From assembly GCA_030426945.1 (NCBI GenBank), contig JAUHXL010000002.1, positions 1 to 52,812 on the forward strand: a stretch of 52,812 nt of DNA, written 5' to 3'. Made by a program: the position numbers and the translations under genes. The stretch's first letter is position 1. Each line of letters starts with the position of its first letter. Below the pieces are notes generated by a model, which did not search any database, was not told the origin of the DNA, and saw only the letters and a list, made by a program, of their open reading frames with translations. The stretch comes from a bacterium (GTDB lineage Bacteria; Myxococcota_A; Bradymonadia; UBA7976; UBA1532). Shown in pieces: positions 9,037 to 18,116 of this stretch.

Positions 9037-12000
9037 GCCTGCAGCTGGTCGAAGCGAGCGCCGGCACGGGCAAGACGCACCGCATCGCGCAGGTGTGGCT
9101 GCGGCTGCTGCTGGACGGGCTGCCGGTGGACGCGGTGCTGGTGATGACCTTCTCGCGCGCGGCCACGGCCGAGCTGCGCGGCCGGCTGCGGGCGTACCTG
9201 CTGGCCGCCGTGGCGGCCTTCGACGGCGCCGAGGCGCCCGAGGATCTCACCGCCCTCGTCGCCCAGCGCGCGAAGTCCCGGGCCGCTGATCTCGCCCGCC
9301 TGCGCGAGGTCGCGCGCCGCTTCGACGAGGCCCCGCTGAGCACGCTGCACGGCTTCTGCGCGGACACGCTGCTGCGCTTCGGCCTCGAGGCCGGCGCCGC
9401 GCCCGGCGTCGAGGTGGTCGGCGACGCGACGGCGCTGATCGATCGGCTCGTCGAGGACGCCTGGGTGTCGCACGTCGCCTTCGCCGAGGCGCCCGTGGCC
9501 GGCGACACGACGCTCACCGGCTGGCGCGACCTGGCCCACGCCGCCGTCGCCGCGCCCGACGCGGCGCTGCTGCCCCCGCCGGAGCGCCCGGAGGCCGCCG
9601 CCGCGCACGCGCTGGTCGGGGCGGTGCGGGCGGAGCTCCCCCGCTGCCTCGCGGCCGCGGGCCAGCGCACGCTCGACGGCCTGATCACCACGGTCCGCGA
9701 CGCCCTGCACGATCCCGACGGCGGCCCCGCCCTGCGCGCCGCCTTGCGCGCCCGCTACCGCGCCGTCCTGGTCGACGAGTTCCAGGACACGGATCCGGCG
9801 CAGTGGTCGCTGCTGCAGGCGGCCTTCGGTGACGGCCACCCGCTGGTGCTGGTGGGCGACCCGAAGCAGTCCGTCTACGCCTTCCGGGGCGCCGACCTGC
9901 CGACCTACCTCGCCGCGCGCGCCGCCGCCACGCGCGCCAAGCCGACCACCAGGAACCACCGCACGGACGCCCCGTTGGTCGAGGCCGTCGCCCACCTGTT
10001 CGGGCGGCCCGGCCTGCGGCGGCCCTTCCGCGACGAGGCCATCGCGCCGCCGCCGTCCGAGGCGGCGCACCCGTCGCGGCTCGCGCCGCCGGACGCCGCC
10101 CCGCTGCGCGTCACCTTCGTCCCCCGCGAGGCCGCCGGGGGTCCCCTGCGCGGCGGCCGCATCCCGCGCACGACGGCCCGCGTGCTGGTGCCGCAGGTGG
10201 TCGCGGTGGAGATCGAGCAGACGCTCGCCGCCGGCCTGCGCCGCCACGCCGAGGGCACGACGGTCGCGGTGACGCCGCGCGACGTCGCGGTGCTGGTGCG
10301 CACGCACGCCCAGGCCGCCGCGGCGCAGGCCGCCCTGCGCGCGCGCGGCGTGCCGGCGGTGCTGCGCACACCCGCGTCCGTGCTCGAGCGCCCCGAGGCC
10401 GCCGACCTGACGCGCGTGCTGCACGGCGTCCTCGATCCCAGCAACGCGGGCGCCGTCCGCGCGGCGCTGGCGACCGACCTGCTGGGCGTCGACGCCGCGG
10501 GGCTGGTCGCGTTGGCCGACGACGAGGCCGCGTGGGGCCGCTGGGTGGAGCGCCTGCGCGCGTGGCACGACGCCTGGATGCAGCGCGGCTTCATGGCCAT
10601 GTTCCGCGCGCTGCTGGGCGACGCCGACGTGCCCGCGCGGCTGCTGGCGCGCCCGGACGGCGAGCGCGCGCTGACCGACCTGCTGCACATCGGCGAGCTG
10701 CTGCACGGCGCCGAGCGCCGGCGCCACCTCCGTCCCGCCGGGCTGCTGGCCTGGTTGGCGGCCGGCGGGCCGGACGTCGCGCCCGACGCGCGCCAGCTGC
10801 GCCGGGCCAGCGACGCCGACGCGGTGACCGTCACGACCGTGCACGCCAGCAAGGGCCTGGCGTGGCCGCTGGTGTGGGCGCCCTTCCTGTGGTCGCCCTC
10901 GCCGGTCGGCAAAGAGGCGGTGGTGCGCTTCGCCGACCCCGGCCACGACGGCCGACCGACGCTCGCCATCGGCAGCGCCGCGAAGGCGGCCCGCAGCTTC
11001 GCCGAGCAGGCCGCGCGGGCCGAGGACGTGCGGCTGGCCTACGTCGCGCTCACGCGCGCGCGCCATCGTTGCTGCGTGGTGTGGGGCGCGTTCGAGGGCG
11101 CCGAACACTCGCCGCTCGGCTGGCTGCTGCATCAACGGACCGACGCGCCCGACGCGCGGCTCGAGGCCGAGACCACGCGCTTCTTGCGGCAGGCCGACGA
11201 CGCGACGCTGCTCGGCGAGCTCGAGGCGCTGGGCCACGGCATCGCCGCCGTCGCGCTGCCGCCGTATCCCGGACCGCCCGCGCCGGCCGCCGAGGCGCCA
11301 GCCGAGCCGTTGCGCGCGCGCAGCTTCGACCGGACGCTCGACCTCACCTGGCGGCGCGTCAGCTTCAGCTCGATGACCCGCGGCGCCGCCCACGTCGCCG
11401 TCGTACGCGACCACGACGCGCGCCCGCCCGAGGACGAAGCGACGACGATCGACGACGAGGCCCCGCCCCCGGCGCCGCCCGCCGAGGCCGACCGCGTGCC
11501 CCTGCACGCCGTGCGCGGCGGCGCGCGCTTCGGCACCTGCCTACACCGCATCCTCGAGCTGCACGACTTCACCGCGCCCGACGCGCTGCCGTCCCTGGTG
11601 CACGCGCAGCTTGCCGCGCACGGCCTCGACGCCGAGCACGGCGAGACGCTGACCGCCGCGCTGCAGGCCGCGCTCGACACCCCGCTCACGCCCGACGGCC
11701 CCACGCTGTCGACCGTGCCGCGCAGCCGGCGGCTGGACGAGCTGGACTTCTACCTGCCCCTGCGCGGCGGCTTCGACGCGCCCCCCGGCGCCGCGCTGGA
11801 CCGGCCCGCGCTGGCCGAGGTCTTCCGCCGCCACGGCGAGGCAGAGCTGGCCGATCAGATCCTCGAGCTGCCCTTCGGCGCCGCGCGCGGCTTCCTCACC
11901 GGCAGCATCGACCTCGTCTTCGCGCTCGGCGGCCGCACCTACGTCGTGGACTACAAGTCGAACAACCTGGGCCCGGCCGTCGATGACTACGGCCCGGCCG

Positions 12001-12257
12001 CCGTGGCGGCGGCGATGCGCGATCATCACTACCGCCTGCAGGGGCACCTGTACGCCGTGGCCCTGCACCGCTACCTGCGCTGGCGCGTGCCCGACTATGC
12101 GTACGACACGCACGTCGGCGGGCTGTTCTACCTGTTCCTGCGCGGCATGAGCCCAGCGCACGGCAGCGCGCGCGGGGTGTGGCATCACCGGCCGACGGCG
12201 GCGCTGATCGAGGATCTGGAGGCGACGTTGTGTGGGCTGCCGGGGGCGGCACGATGA
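9033..12257 (+). CDS. recB: exodeoxyribonuclease V beta subunit RecB (SF1 helicase plus PD-(D/E)XK nuclease)
   Basis: GTG 9033 is in frame within ORF 8574..12257. Helicase motifs are VEASAGTGKTHRI (Walker A), LVDEFQDTDPAQW, VGDPKQSVYAFRGAD and TVHASKGLAWPLV. The C-terminal nuclease motif is GSIDLVFALGGRTYVVDYKSN. Confidence 0.9.
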   Translation: MSLQLVEASAGTGKTHRIAQVWLRLLLDGLPVDAVLVMTFSRAATAELRGRLRAYLLAAVAAFDGAEAPEDLTALVAQRAKSRAADLARLREVARRFDEAPLSTLHGFCADTLLRFGLEAGAAPGVEVVGDATALIDRLVEDAWVSHVAFAEAPVAGDTTLTGWRDLAHAAVAAPDAALLPPPERPEAAAAHALVGAVRAELPRCLAAAGQRTLDGLITTVRDALHDPDGGPALRAALRARYRAVLVDEFQDTDPAQWSLLQAAFGDGHPLVLVGDPKQSVYAFRGADLPTYLAARAAATRAKPTTRNHRTDAPLVEAVAHLFGRPGLRRPFRDEAIAPPPSEAAHPSRLAPPDAAPLRVTFVPREAAGGPLRGGRIPRTTARVLVPQVVAVEIEQTLAAGLRRHAEGTTVAVTPRDVAVLVRTHAQAAAAQAALRARGVPAVLRTPASVLERPEAADLTRVLHGVLDPSNAGAVRAALATDLLGVDAAGLVALADDEAAWGRWVERLRAWHDAWMQRGFMAMFRALLGDADVPARLLARPDGERALTDLLHIGELLHGAERRRHLRPAGLLAWLAAGGPDVAPDARQLRRASDADAVTVTTVHASKGLAWPLVWAPFLWSPSPVGKEAVVRFADPGHDGRPTLAIGSAAKAARSFAEQAARAEDVRLAYVALTRARHRCCVVWGAFEGAEHSPLGWLLHQRTDAPDARLEAETTRFLRQADDATLLGELEALGHGIAAVALPPYPGPPAPAAEAPAEPLRARSFDRTLDLTWRRVSFSSMTRGAAHVAVVRDHDARPPEDEATTIDDEAPPPAPPAEADRVPLHAVRGGARFGTCLHRILELHDFTAPDALPSLVHAQLAAHGLDAEHGETLTAALQAALDTPLTPDGPTLSTVPRSRRLDELDFYLPLRGGFDAPPGAALDRPALAEVFRRHGEAELADQILELPFGAARGFLTGSIDLVFALGGRTYVVDYKSNNLGPAVDDYGPAAVAAAMRDHHYRLQGHLYAVALHRYLRWRVPDYAYDTHVGGLFYLFLRGMSPAHGSARGVWHHRPTAALIEDLEATLCGLPGAAR

Positions 12258-12415
12258 GGCGTTGCGTGCAGGCGCGGTGGGGGGCTGAGATTTGGGTGGC
12301 ACCTCTCGGAGGAGCTGCAGCGCCTCTTCGGGCACGGGCACGGGCACGGGCACGGGCACGGGCCGTTGAGATTTGGGTGGCACCTCTCGGCGGGCTGCCG
12401 GGGGCGGCCTCATGA
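12234..12415 (+). repeat. duplicated recB-stop/recD-start junction flanking a 158-nt insertion
   Basis: GGGCTGCCGGGGGCGGC followed by N3 and ATGA occurs at 12234-12257 (ending in the recB TGA) and again at 12392-12415 (containing the recD ATG). The two copies are 158 nt apart. Confidence 0.7.
12286..12390 (+). repeat. two identical 24-nt direct repeats bracketing a (GGGCAC)5 hexanucleotide run
   Basis: TGAGATTTGGGTGGCACCTCTCGG occurs at 12286-12309 and 12367-12390. GGGCAC is repeated five times, followed by GGGC, at 12330-12363. All of this lies in the recB-recD intergenic space. Confidence 0.9.
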
Positions 12416-14277
12416 CCGTCCTCGAGCAGCTCCACGACCTCGGCGCGCTCACCCCGCTCGATCTGCACTTCGCGCGCGCCCTCGCGCGCCTCGCGCCCAA
12501 AGCCAACGCCGACGCGCTGCTCGGGGCCGCGTTCGCCAACCGGGCGCCCAGCCGGGGCGACGTGTGCGCCGATCTCACCCGGCTGGCCGACCTGCTGCCC
12601 GACGCGCTGCCGCCCGAGACGGAGCCGCCGCCGCTGCCCGACCCCGACGCCTGGGTCGAGGCGCTGCGCCAGAGCGGCCTGGCCCGCGCGCCCGGTGAGC
12701 CGGCCCGGACGCCCCTCGTCCTCGACGGCCACGCCCTGTACCTCGACCGCGTCTGGCGCTACCAGGCGCTGTTGGTCAACACCGTCCGCGCGCGCCTCAA
12801 GCGCCCCTTCCGCGACGACGTCGACCCCGCCCTGCTGCGCGCCGGGCTCGAGCGCCTGTTCCCGCCCGACCGCCTGCCCGACGCCGTCGCCGCCGACTGC
12901 GACCGCCAGCGCCTCGCCGCCCTGCTCGCCGTGCGCCGCGGCTTCACCGTCATCACCGGCGGCCCCGGCACCGGCAAGACCACCACGGTCGTCAAGGTGC
13001 TCGCCCTGCTCGTCGAGCAGGCCCAAGCCCGCCAGCAGCGCCTGCGCATCGCCCTCGTCGCGCCCACCGGCAAGGCCGCCGCGCGCATGAGCGAAGCCAT
13101 CCGCAAGCACAAGGCCCCCGACCGCCTCGCCGTCGCCGACGCCGTGCGCGACGCCATCCCCGACGAGGCCAGCACCATCCACCGCCGCCTCGGCTTCCGC
13201 TGGGGCAGCGTCCGCTTCGCCCACGACGCCGACAACCCGCTGCCCGTCGACGTGGTCGTCGTCGACGAGGCCTCGATGGTCGACCTCGCGCTGATGGCCA
13301 AGCTGCTCGACGCCGTGCCGCCCCACGCCCGCCTCGTGCTCCTGGGCGACGAGGATCAGCTCGCCTCGGTCGAGGCCGGCGCCGTCCTCGGCGACCTGTG
13401 CCGCGCGGGCGAGGGCCCGATGTCCACCGCCACCGGCGGCCGCGTCGCCGAGGTGGGCGACGCCCTGCCCCCGGACCTCGCCGGCACCCACGACGCACCC
13501 GGCATGGCCGACGCCGCCGTCCGCCTCACCCACGCCTGGCGCTTCGGCCCCGACAGCGGCATCCGCGCCCTCGCCGCCGCCATCAACGCCGGCGACGCCG
13601 CCGCCGCGCTCGATTGCTTTGCGGCCCACGACGATCTCACCCGCCTCGATCCGCCCGCGCCCCACGACAAGGACGGCCTCGCCCGCGCCCTGCGCCTCCT
13701 CACCGAGGTCGGCTACGGCGCCGTCGCCCAGGCCCCCGATCCCGAGGCCGCGCTCGCCGCCCTCGGCGCCTTCCGCGTCCTCTGCGCCCACCGCCGCGGC
13801 CCCCGCGGCGTCGCCGCCCTCAACGCCCAGATCGAGCGCTGGCTCGCCGCCGCCGGCCACGTCCACCCCACCGAGCCCTGGTACCCCGGCCGCCCGATCC
13901 TCATCACCCGCAACGACGCCCCCCTGCGCCTCTTCAACGGCGACGTCGGCGTCGTCCGCGACACCCCCGCCGGCCGCCGCGCCTTCTTCCCCGCCGACGG
14001 CGGCCGCGCCCTGCGCGCCTTCAACCCCGCCCGCCTGCCCCCGCACGACACCGTCTTCGCCACCACCGTCCACAAGAGCCAGGGCTCCGAGTTCGATCAC
14101 GTCGTCGTCGTCCTCCCCGACCGCCCCAGCCCGCTGCTGACCCGCGAGCTGCTCTACACCGCCGTCACCCGCGCCAGCGCCCGCGTCACCGTCCTCGGCA
14201 GCCCCGACGTGCTCGCCGCCGGCGTCGAAGCGCAGGTGAAGCGGGTGTCGGATCTGGGGCGCCTGCTGGCGCGCTGA
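12412..14277 (+). CDS. recD: exodeoxyribonuclease V alpha subunit RecD
   Basis: ATG 12412 (MTVLEQLHDLG) lies in ORF 12373..14277. Motifs are VITGGPGTGKTTTV (Walker A), VVVVDEASMVDL (Walker B) and TVHKSQGSEFDHV. Confidence 0.9.
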   Translation: MTVLEQLHDLGALTPLDLHFARALARLAPKANADALLGAAFANRAPSRGDVCADLTRLADLLPDALPPETEPPPLPDPDAWVEALRQSGLARAPGEPARTPLVLDGHALYLDRVWRYQALLVNTVRARLKRPFRDDVDPALLRAGLERLFPPDRLPDAVAADCDRQRLAALLAVRRGFTVITGGPGTGKTTTVVKVLALLVEQAQARQQRLRIALVAPTGKAAARMSEAIRKHKAPDRLAVADAVRDAIPDEASTIHRRLGFRWGSVRFAHDADNPLPVDVVVVDEASMVDLALMAKLLDAVPPHARLVLLGDEDQLASVEAGAVLGDLCRAGEGPMSTATGGRVAEVGDALPPDLAGTHDAPGMADAAVRLTHAWRFGPDSGIRALAAAINAGDAAAALDCFAAHDDLTRLDPPAPHDKDGLARALRLLTEVGYGAVAQAPDPEAALAALGAFRVLCAHRRGPRGVAALNAQIERWLAAAGHVHPTEPWYPGRPILITRNDAPLRLFNGDVGVVRDTPAGRRAFFPADGGRALRAFNPARLPPHDTVFATTVHKSQGSEFDHVVVVLPDRPSPLLTRELLYTAVTRASARVTVLGSPDVLAAGVEAQVKRVSDLGRLLAR

Positions 14278-14323
14278 TTTCGACACTTGACCAACTCAAC
14301 GGGTCCAACTAACGTGCGGACCC

Positions 14324-14551
14324 ATGAGCGAAGCCATCAACATCCACGAAGCCAAGGCACGGCTATCCGAGCTCGTGCAACGCGCGATCGACGGCGAGGA
14401 CATCGTGATCGCGCGCCGCAACAAGCCCGTCGTGCGCCTCGTCGCCCTGCCGCCCGATGTTGTCGAGCGACAGCTCGGCTGGGCCGCCGGCAAGATCCAC
14501 CACGTCAGCGAACTCGACGCCCCCGTCGTCGACCTCGACGCCGCGAAGTAG
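14324..14551 (+). CDS. type II antitoxin, Phd/YefM family
   Basis: This 75-aa ORF reads MSEAINIHEAKARLSELVQRAIDGEDIVIARRNKPVVRLVAL, the classic Phd/YefM N-terminus. It sits 7 nt upstream of a PIN-domain gene. Confidence 0.8.
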   Translation: MSEAINIHEAKARLSELVQRAIDGEDIVIARRNKPVVRLVALPPDVVERQLGWAAGKIHHVSELDAPVVDLDAAK

Positions 14552-14558
14552 CGCCGAC

Positions 14559-14951
14559 GTGCCCCCCCGCTGCCTGCTCGACACCCCGACGCTGCTGTGG
14601 ATGGCCGGCGACGTCGACCGCCTCAGCGACACCGCGCGCCAGACGCTGGCCGACCCGACCACCCACCTCGTCATCAGCGTCGCCAGCGTCTGGGAGATCG
14701 CGACCCAGCTCGGCACCGGCCGGCTTCGCCTCGACCTGCCCCTCACCGAGCTCATCCGCAGCGCGACCGCCCAGACCGGCATCGCCCTGCTGCCGGTCGA
14801 GCTGCCCCACACCCTGGTCGTCCCCACGCTGCCCCTGCACCACCACGACCTTTTCGACCGCCTGCTGGTGGCCCAGTGCATGGTCGAGGATCTGGTGATC
14901 GTCAGCGACGACGCGGCCTTCGACGCGTACCCGGTGAAGCGGCTGTGGTGA
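14559..14951 (+). CDS. vapC: type II toxin, PIN-domain VapC family
   Basis: GTG 14559 is in frame in ORF 14457..14951. The four PIN acidic positions are visible: LLDT, SVWEIA, FDRLLVAQC and VSDDAAF. Confidence 0.8.
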   Translation: MPPRCLLDTPTLLWMAGDVDRLSDTARQTLADPTTHLVISVASVWEIATQLGTGRLRLDLPLTELIRSATAQTGIALLPVELPHTLVVPTLPLHHHDLFDRLLVAQCMVEDLVIVSDDAAFDAYPVKRLW

Positions 14952-15003
14952 GCGCTCGACGCGCCCGCAATGCCTCCGCCCCGCGCCAGAGGGAGGGCTG
15001 ACC

Positions 15004-15900
15004 ATGTCCACGCGCGGCTGGTACGAGCTCTACGTGGTGGACGACGCCCGCCGCGAAGTGTCGCGCGCCATGCAGTGGTACAAATGGGGCGACGCCACGC
15101 CCGAGAACGCGCTGTACGAGCGTGACCTGCTGGCGTCCACGTTCGCCGAGCTGAACAACCGTCCGCCCGTGCATCTGGTCGACGACCTGCTGCGGGACAA
15201 CGTCGGCGAGGCCTTCGCGGTCCTCCCGCCCGCCTTTCCTCTCGGCTGCTATTGCTTCTTCCTGTTGCGCGCCGCCGAAGAGCGGGCGTCCGCGCCCTTC
15301 CGCAGCGCGGACTGGATCCGCCTGCCCAAGGAGCAGCGTCCCGACTATCGGCTCGGCTTCGCCGTTGGCAAAGCCACGGTGCTGCAGGGCTACGAGATTC
15401 CCCGGACCGGCAACGCGACCATCGATGGTGCCCACTTCGCGATCGAAGTCGGCAGGCTGGTGCGCCGCTGGGTCGACCACTCGGCCGACATGACCTTCCT
15501 CCGCTGGCTGCAATACCTCACGCAGGTGACGACCGAGATCGACATGGGCTCCATCGCCGGCGACTTCGAGGCGCCCCGGTTCGACGTCTCGTATCACTAC
15601 AACCTCTTCGTCCGCGTCCCCGCCCTCGACGCCCGAACGCAACACGTCACCGACGTCACCATCGACCTGCGCACCCCAGCCGGCGCCGACCTGCTAGACG
15701 ACATCGACGCCCAGCTCGCCGAGGCCACCCGCGACGACGACCGCGCCTACCTCGAGCGAGAGCGCGCACGCATCACCCGACTCGCCGACGCCGCGCGCCC
15801 CCACCTCACCACCCTCGACGCCCTCCGCGAGACGCACACCCTGGTGCCCAGCCCGTTCTGGGCCAGGCAGATCCCGCGGCTGCAGTACCTGGGGCCATGA
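15004..15900 (+). CDS. hypothetical protein, no domain recognised
   Basis: This 298-aa ORF has an ATG start and non-shadow amino-acid composition (W, Y, F, N and K present). It lies between the toxin-antitoxin pair and a Uma2 gene. Confidence 0.55.
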   Translation: MSTRGWYELYVVDDARREVSRAMQWYKWGDATPENALYERDLLASTFAELNNRPPVHLVDDLLRDNVGEAFAVLPPAFPLGCYCFFLLRAAEERASAPFRSADWIRLPKEQRPDYRLGFAVGKATVLQGYEIPRTGNATIDGAHFAIEVGRLVRRWVDHSADMTFLRWLQYLTQVTTEIDMGSIAGDFEAPRFDVSYHYNLFVRVPALDARTQHVTDVTIDLRTPAGADLLDDIDAQLAEATRDDDRAYLERERARITRLADAARPHLTTLDALRETHTLVPSPFWARQIPRLQYLGP

Positions 15901-15948
15901 GCACCGCGATGCCCGCGGCGCCGACCCTCGACGCACCGGACGTGAGCC

Positions 15949-16698
15949 ATGCCCGACCCGTTCGTTGACGCCGCGCCCGTCGAGGCGCCGCCCTCCGAGG
16001 CCGCCCTGCCCTGCGAAGGCCCCTTCGGCATGGAGCCCAGCCAACATCGCGCCCAACGGGAGCTGCTGATCAGCTCCCTGTCGCTGCACCTCGCGGATCG
16101 CGACGACGTCTTCGTCGGCGGCGCCATGTTCCTGTACTTCAGCGCCCACCAGGTGAAGCGCAACGACCTCCGCGGACCGGATGTCTTCGTCGTCCTGGGC
16201 ACAAACCCCCGCCAGCGTCGATCGTGGGTGATGTGGGACGAGGCGCTGGCGCCACACGTCATCGTCGAGTTGACGTCGCCCGCCACCCGAGACGAGGACC
16301 ACGGGCGCAAGAAGATCCTCTACGCCGACGCGCTGCGCGTGCCCTACTACTTCATCTTCGACCCCGAGTCGGGCCGGCTGGACGGCTTCGATCTGCGGCT
16401 GGCCGCGCCGGAATACGTCGCGCTTCGACCCGACGCCCACGGCCGCCTGCGCTGCGGCTGCCTCGACCTCGACCTCGGCACCTCCGACCTTCCCTACCGC
16501 GGCCAGCCCGGCCCCTGGCTGCGCTGGTTCACGCCCGACGACCGGCTCGTACCGACCCCCGAAGAGGTCGCAGCGCGCGAGGCCGCCCGCGCCGTCGCGG
16601 CCGCCGCCCGCGCCGGGCAGGAAGCCGCGGCCCGCCGCGCCGCCGACGCGCGCGTGGCCGAGCTCGAAGCCCAGCTCCGCGCCCTGCGCGGCGGCTGA
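15949..16698 (+). CDS. Uma2-family (DUF820) PD-(D/E)XK endonuclease with an Ala/Arg-rich coiled C-terminal tail
   Basis: The core pattern DVFVGGAMFLYF...PDVFVV...APHVIVELTSPATRDEDHGRKKILYADALRVPYYFIFDPE fits the Uma2 core (PD..V, E.xS, K, YW/YF.v.dP). Confidence 0.75.
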   Translation: MPDPFVDAAPVEAPPSEAALPCEGPFGMEPSQHRAQRELLISSLSLHLADRDDVFVGGAMFLYFSAHQVKRNDLRGPDVFVVLGTNPRQRRSWVMWDEALAPHVIVELTSPATRDEDHGRKKILYADALRVPYYFIFDPESGRLDGFDLRLAAPEYVALRPDAHGRLRCGCLDLDLGTSDLPYRGQPGPWLRWFTPDDRLVPTPEEVAAREAARAVAAAARAGQEAAARRAADARVAELEAQLRALRGG

Positions 16699-16786
16699 CC
16701 CGAGCGCACGCTCTATCGGCCCACGGGCACGCCGAGTCCACGTCCGCTCGCCGCGCCCCCGGTTCCGCCGCCCATCCCTCCGGCTT

Positions 16787-16827
16787 GGTGCTACCCTGCC
16801 CGCGACGATGACCAGGGCAGGGGCACC
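16787..16827 (+). promoter_or_regulatory. 13-bp interrupted hairpin 9 nt upstream of the FGE-lipoprotein start
   Basis: The structure is GGTGC-TA-CCCTGCCC, a 13-nt loop, then GGGCAGGG-GCACC. I checked the pairing base by base. It lies about 90 nt after the Uma2 stop, so it could be a terminator or a leader structure. Confidence 0.3.
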
Positions 16828-16835
16828 AACCCACC

Positions 16836-18116
16836 GTGCGACGCGTATTGAGCCGACTCATCCTCGCCGTGGCGGCGTCGGGCTGCGCCGTCGACGAGGC
16901 CGACCTGGCCCGCGCCTACGGCGCCGATCCGAGCAGCGCGCCCCACTCCACCCACCCGGACGCGCGCCCCCAACCCAGCCTCGACGGCGGCAGCCCCGGT
17001 ACGCCCGACGGGCCCACGCTGTGGGACGTCGGCACGGGGCGCGACGGGTTCGAGGCCGCCTTCGACGGCCAGGTGCCCACCCGGCCACGCGACGCCTTCG
17101 AGATGACCGACGCCCACGCAGGTCCGCGCGACAGCGCGCCGCCGGCCCCCGTCGATGCCAGCGCTTCCGACCGGGGGCCGTTCACGCCTCCCGCGGACGC
17201 GGCGGCGACGCTCGACGCGATGCCGCGAGACGCCGCGGTGCCCGACGCCTCGCCGGCCCTGGACGACGCGACGCCGCCCGACGCCGGCGCGCCCGACGCT
17301 GGCCCCGTCGTACCGGCGGGCATGGTGCTCATCCGACCGGGGGTCTTCACGATGGGCCTCCAGCTCGACGACGTCGTGCGCGCCGACGTCCAGCCCCGCG
17401 AGGTCACCATCAGCCGGGCCTTCTTCATTGGCCGCACCGAGGTCACGCAGCGGCAGTGGCGCGACCTGATGGGCAACAACCCCTCGTCGTTTGCCGGCTG
17501 CGGGCCCAACTGCCCGGTCGAGCGCATCAACTGGTTCGAGGCAGCGGCCTACTGCAACGCCCTGTCGGCCCGTGACGGGCTGACGGCCTGCTACGAACTG
17601 GACGACTGCAACGGCCGCGTGCCCGGCGGCGACTTCCAGTGCGCAACGGTGGTCTCGCTGTCCGACCGCTGCTCGGGCTACCGCCTGCCGTCGGAGGCCG
17701 AGTGGGAGTACGCCGCGCGCGGCCAAGGAGCCGACGTCACCTATCCCTGGGGCAACGAACCGGCCAACTGCGAGCGGGCGCTCTTCGAGAGCCCCGGCGA
17801 GGGCGGCTATGCCTGCCGCGAAGGCGCGACCACCGACGTCTGCTCTCGATCGCCTGCCGGCGACACGCCCCAGGGCCTGTGCGACATGGCCGGCAGCGTC
17901 TGGGAGTGGGTCGAGGACTACTACGGGCCGTACGCCGAGGCGCCCGTGGACGGCTCACCCCGGACGGTGCCGGGCGCGACGGGTCACCGGATCGACCGCG
18001 GCGGCGGGCTTGGCAACCGTTCACGCGGTCTGGCCTGTGCCAACCGCAACGCCGGTTCGGCGACGATACGCGACGCCAGCCTCGGCTTCCGCGTGGCGCG
18101 CACCGTCGACCCATGA
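16836..18116 (+). CDS. lipoprotein with a C-terminal FGE-sulfatase-fold (SUMF1-like) domain
   Basis: GTG start gives MRRVLSRLILAVAASGC (lipobox), followed by a Pro/Asp/Ala-rich linker. FGE-sulfatase motifs follow: GMVLIRPGVFTMG, EVTQRQW, PVERINWFEAAAYCNALS, YRLPSEAEWEYAARG, GSVWEWVEDYYGPY and LGFRVART. Confidence 0.85.
   Translation: MRRVLSRLILAVAASGCAVDEADLARAYGADPSSAPHSTHPDARPQPSLDGGSPGTPDGPTLWDVGTGRDGFEAAFDGQVPTRPRDAFEMTDAHAGPRDSAPPAPVDASASDRGPFTPPADAAATLDAMPRDAAVPDASPALDDATPPDAGAPDAGPVVPAGMVLIRPGVFTMGLQLDDVVRADVQPREVTISRAFFIGRTEVTQRQWRDLMGNNPSSFAGCGPNCPVERINWFEAAAYCNALSARDGLTACYELDDCNGRVPGGDFQCATVVSLSDRCSGYRLPSEAEWEYAARGQGADVTYPWGNEPANCERALFESPGEGGYACREGATTDVCSRSPAGDTPQGLCDMAGSVWEWVEDYYGPYAEAPVDGSPRTVPGATGHRIDRGGGLGNRSRGLACANRNAGSATIRDASLGFRVARTVDP

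Noticed and set aside
12286-12390. The direct repeats with a spacer could be mistaken for a mini CRISPR array.
   Set aside because: There are only two 24-nt repeats, the spacer is largely a hexanucleotide microsatellite, there are no cas genes, and the location is inside the recB-recD junction.
16836-18116. Calling the FGE-sulfatase-fold proteins genuine formylglycine-generating enzymes, or the block a sulfatase-maturation locus.
   Set aside because: The catalytic cysteine pair is absent in all five domains, and no sulfatase gene is present in the window.
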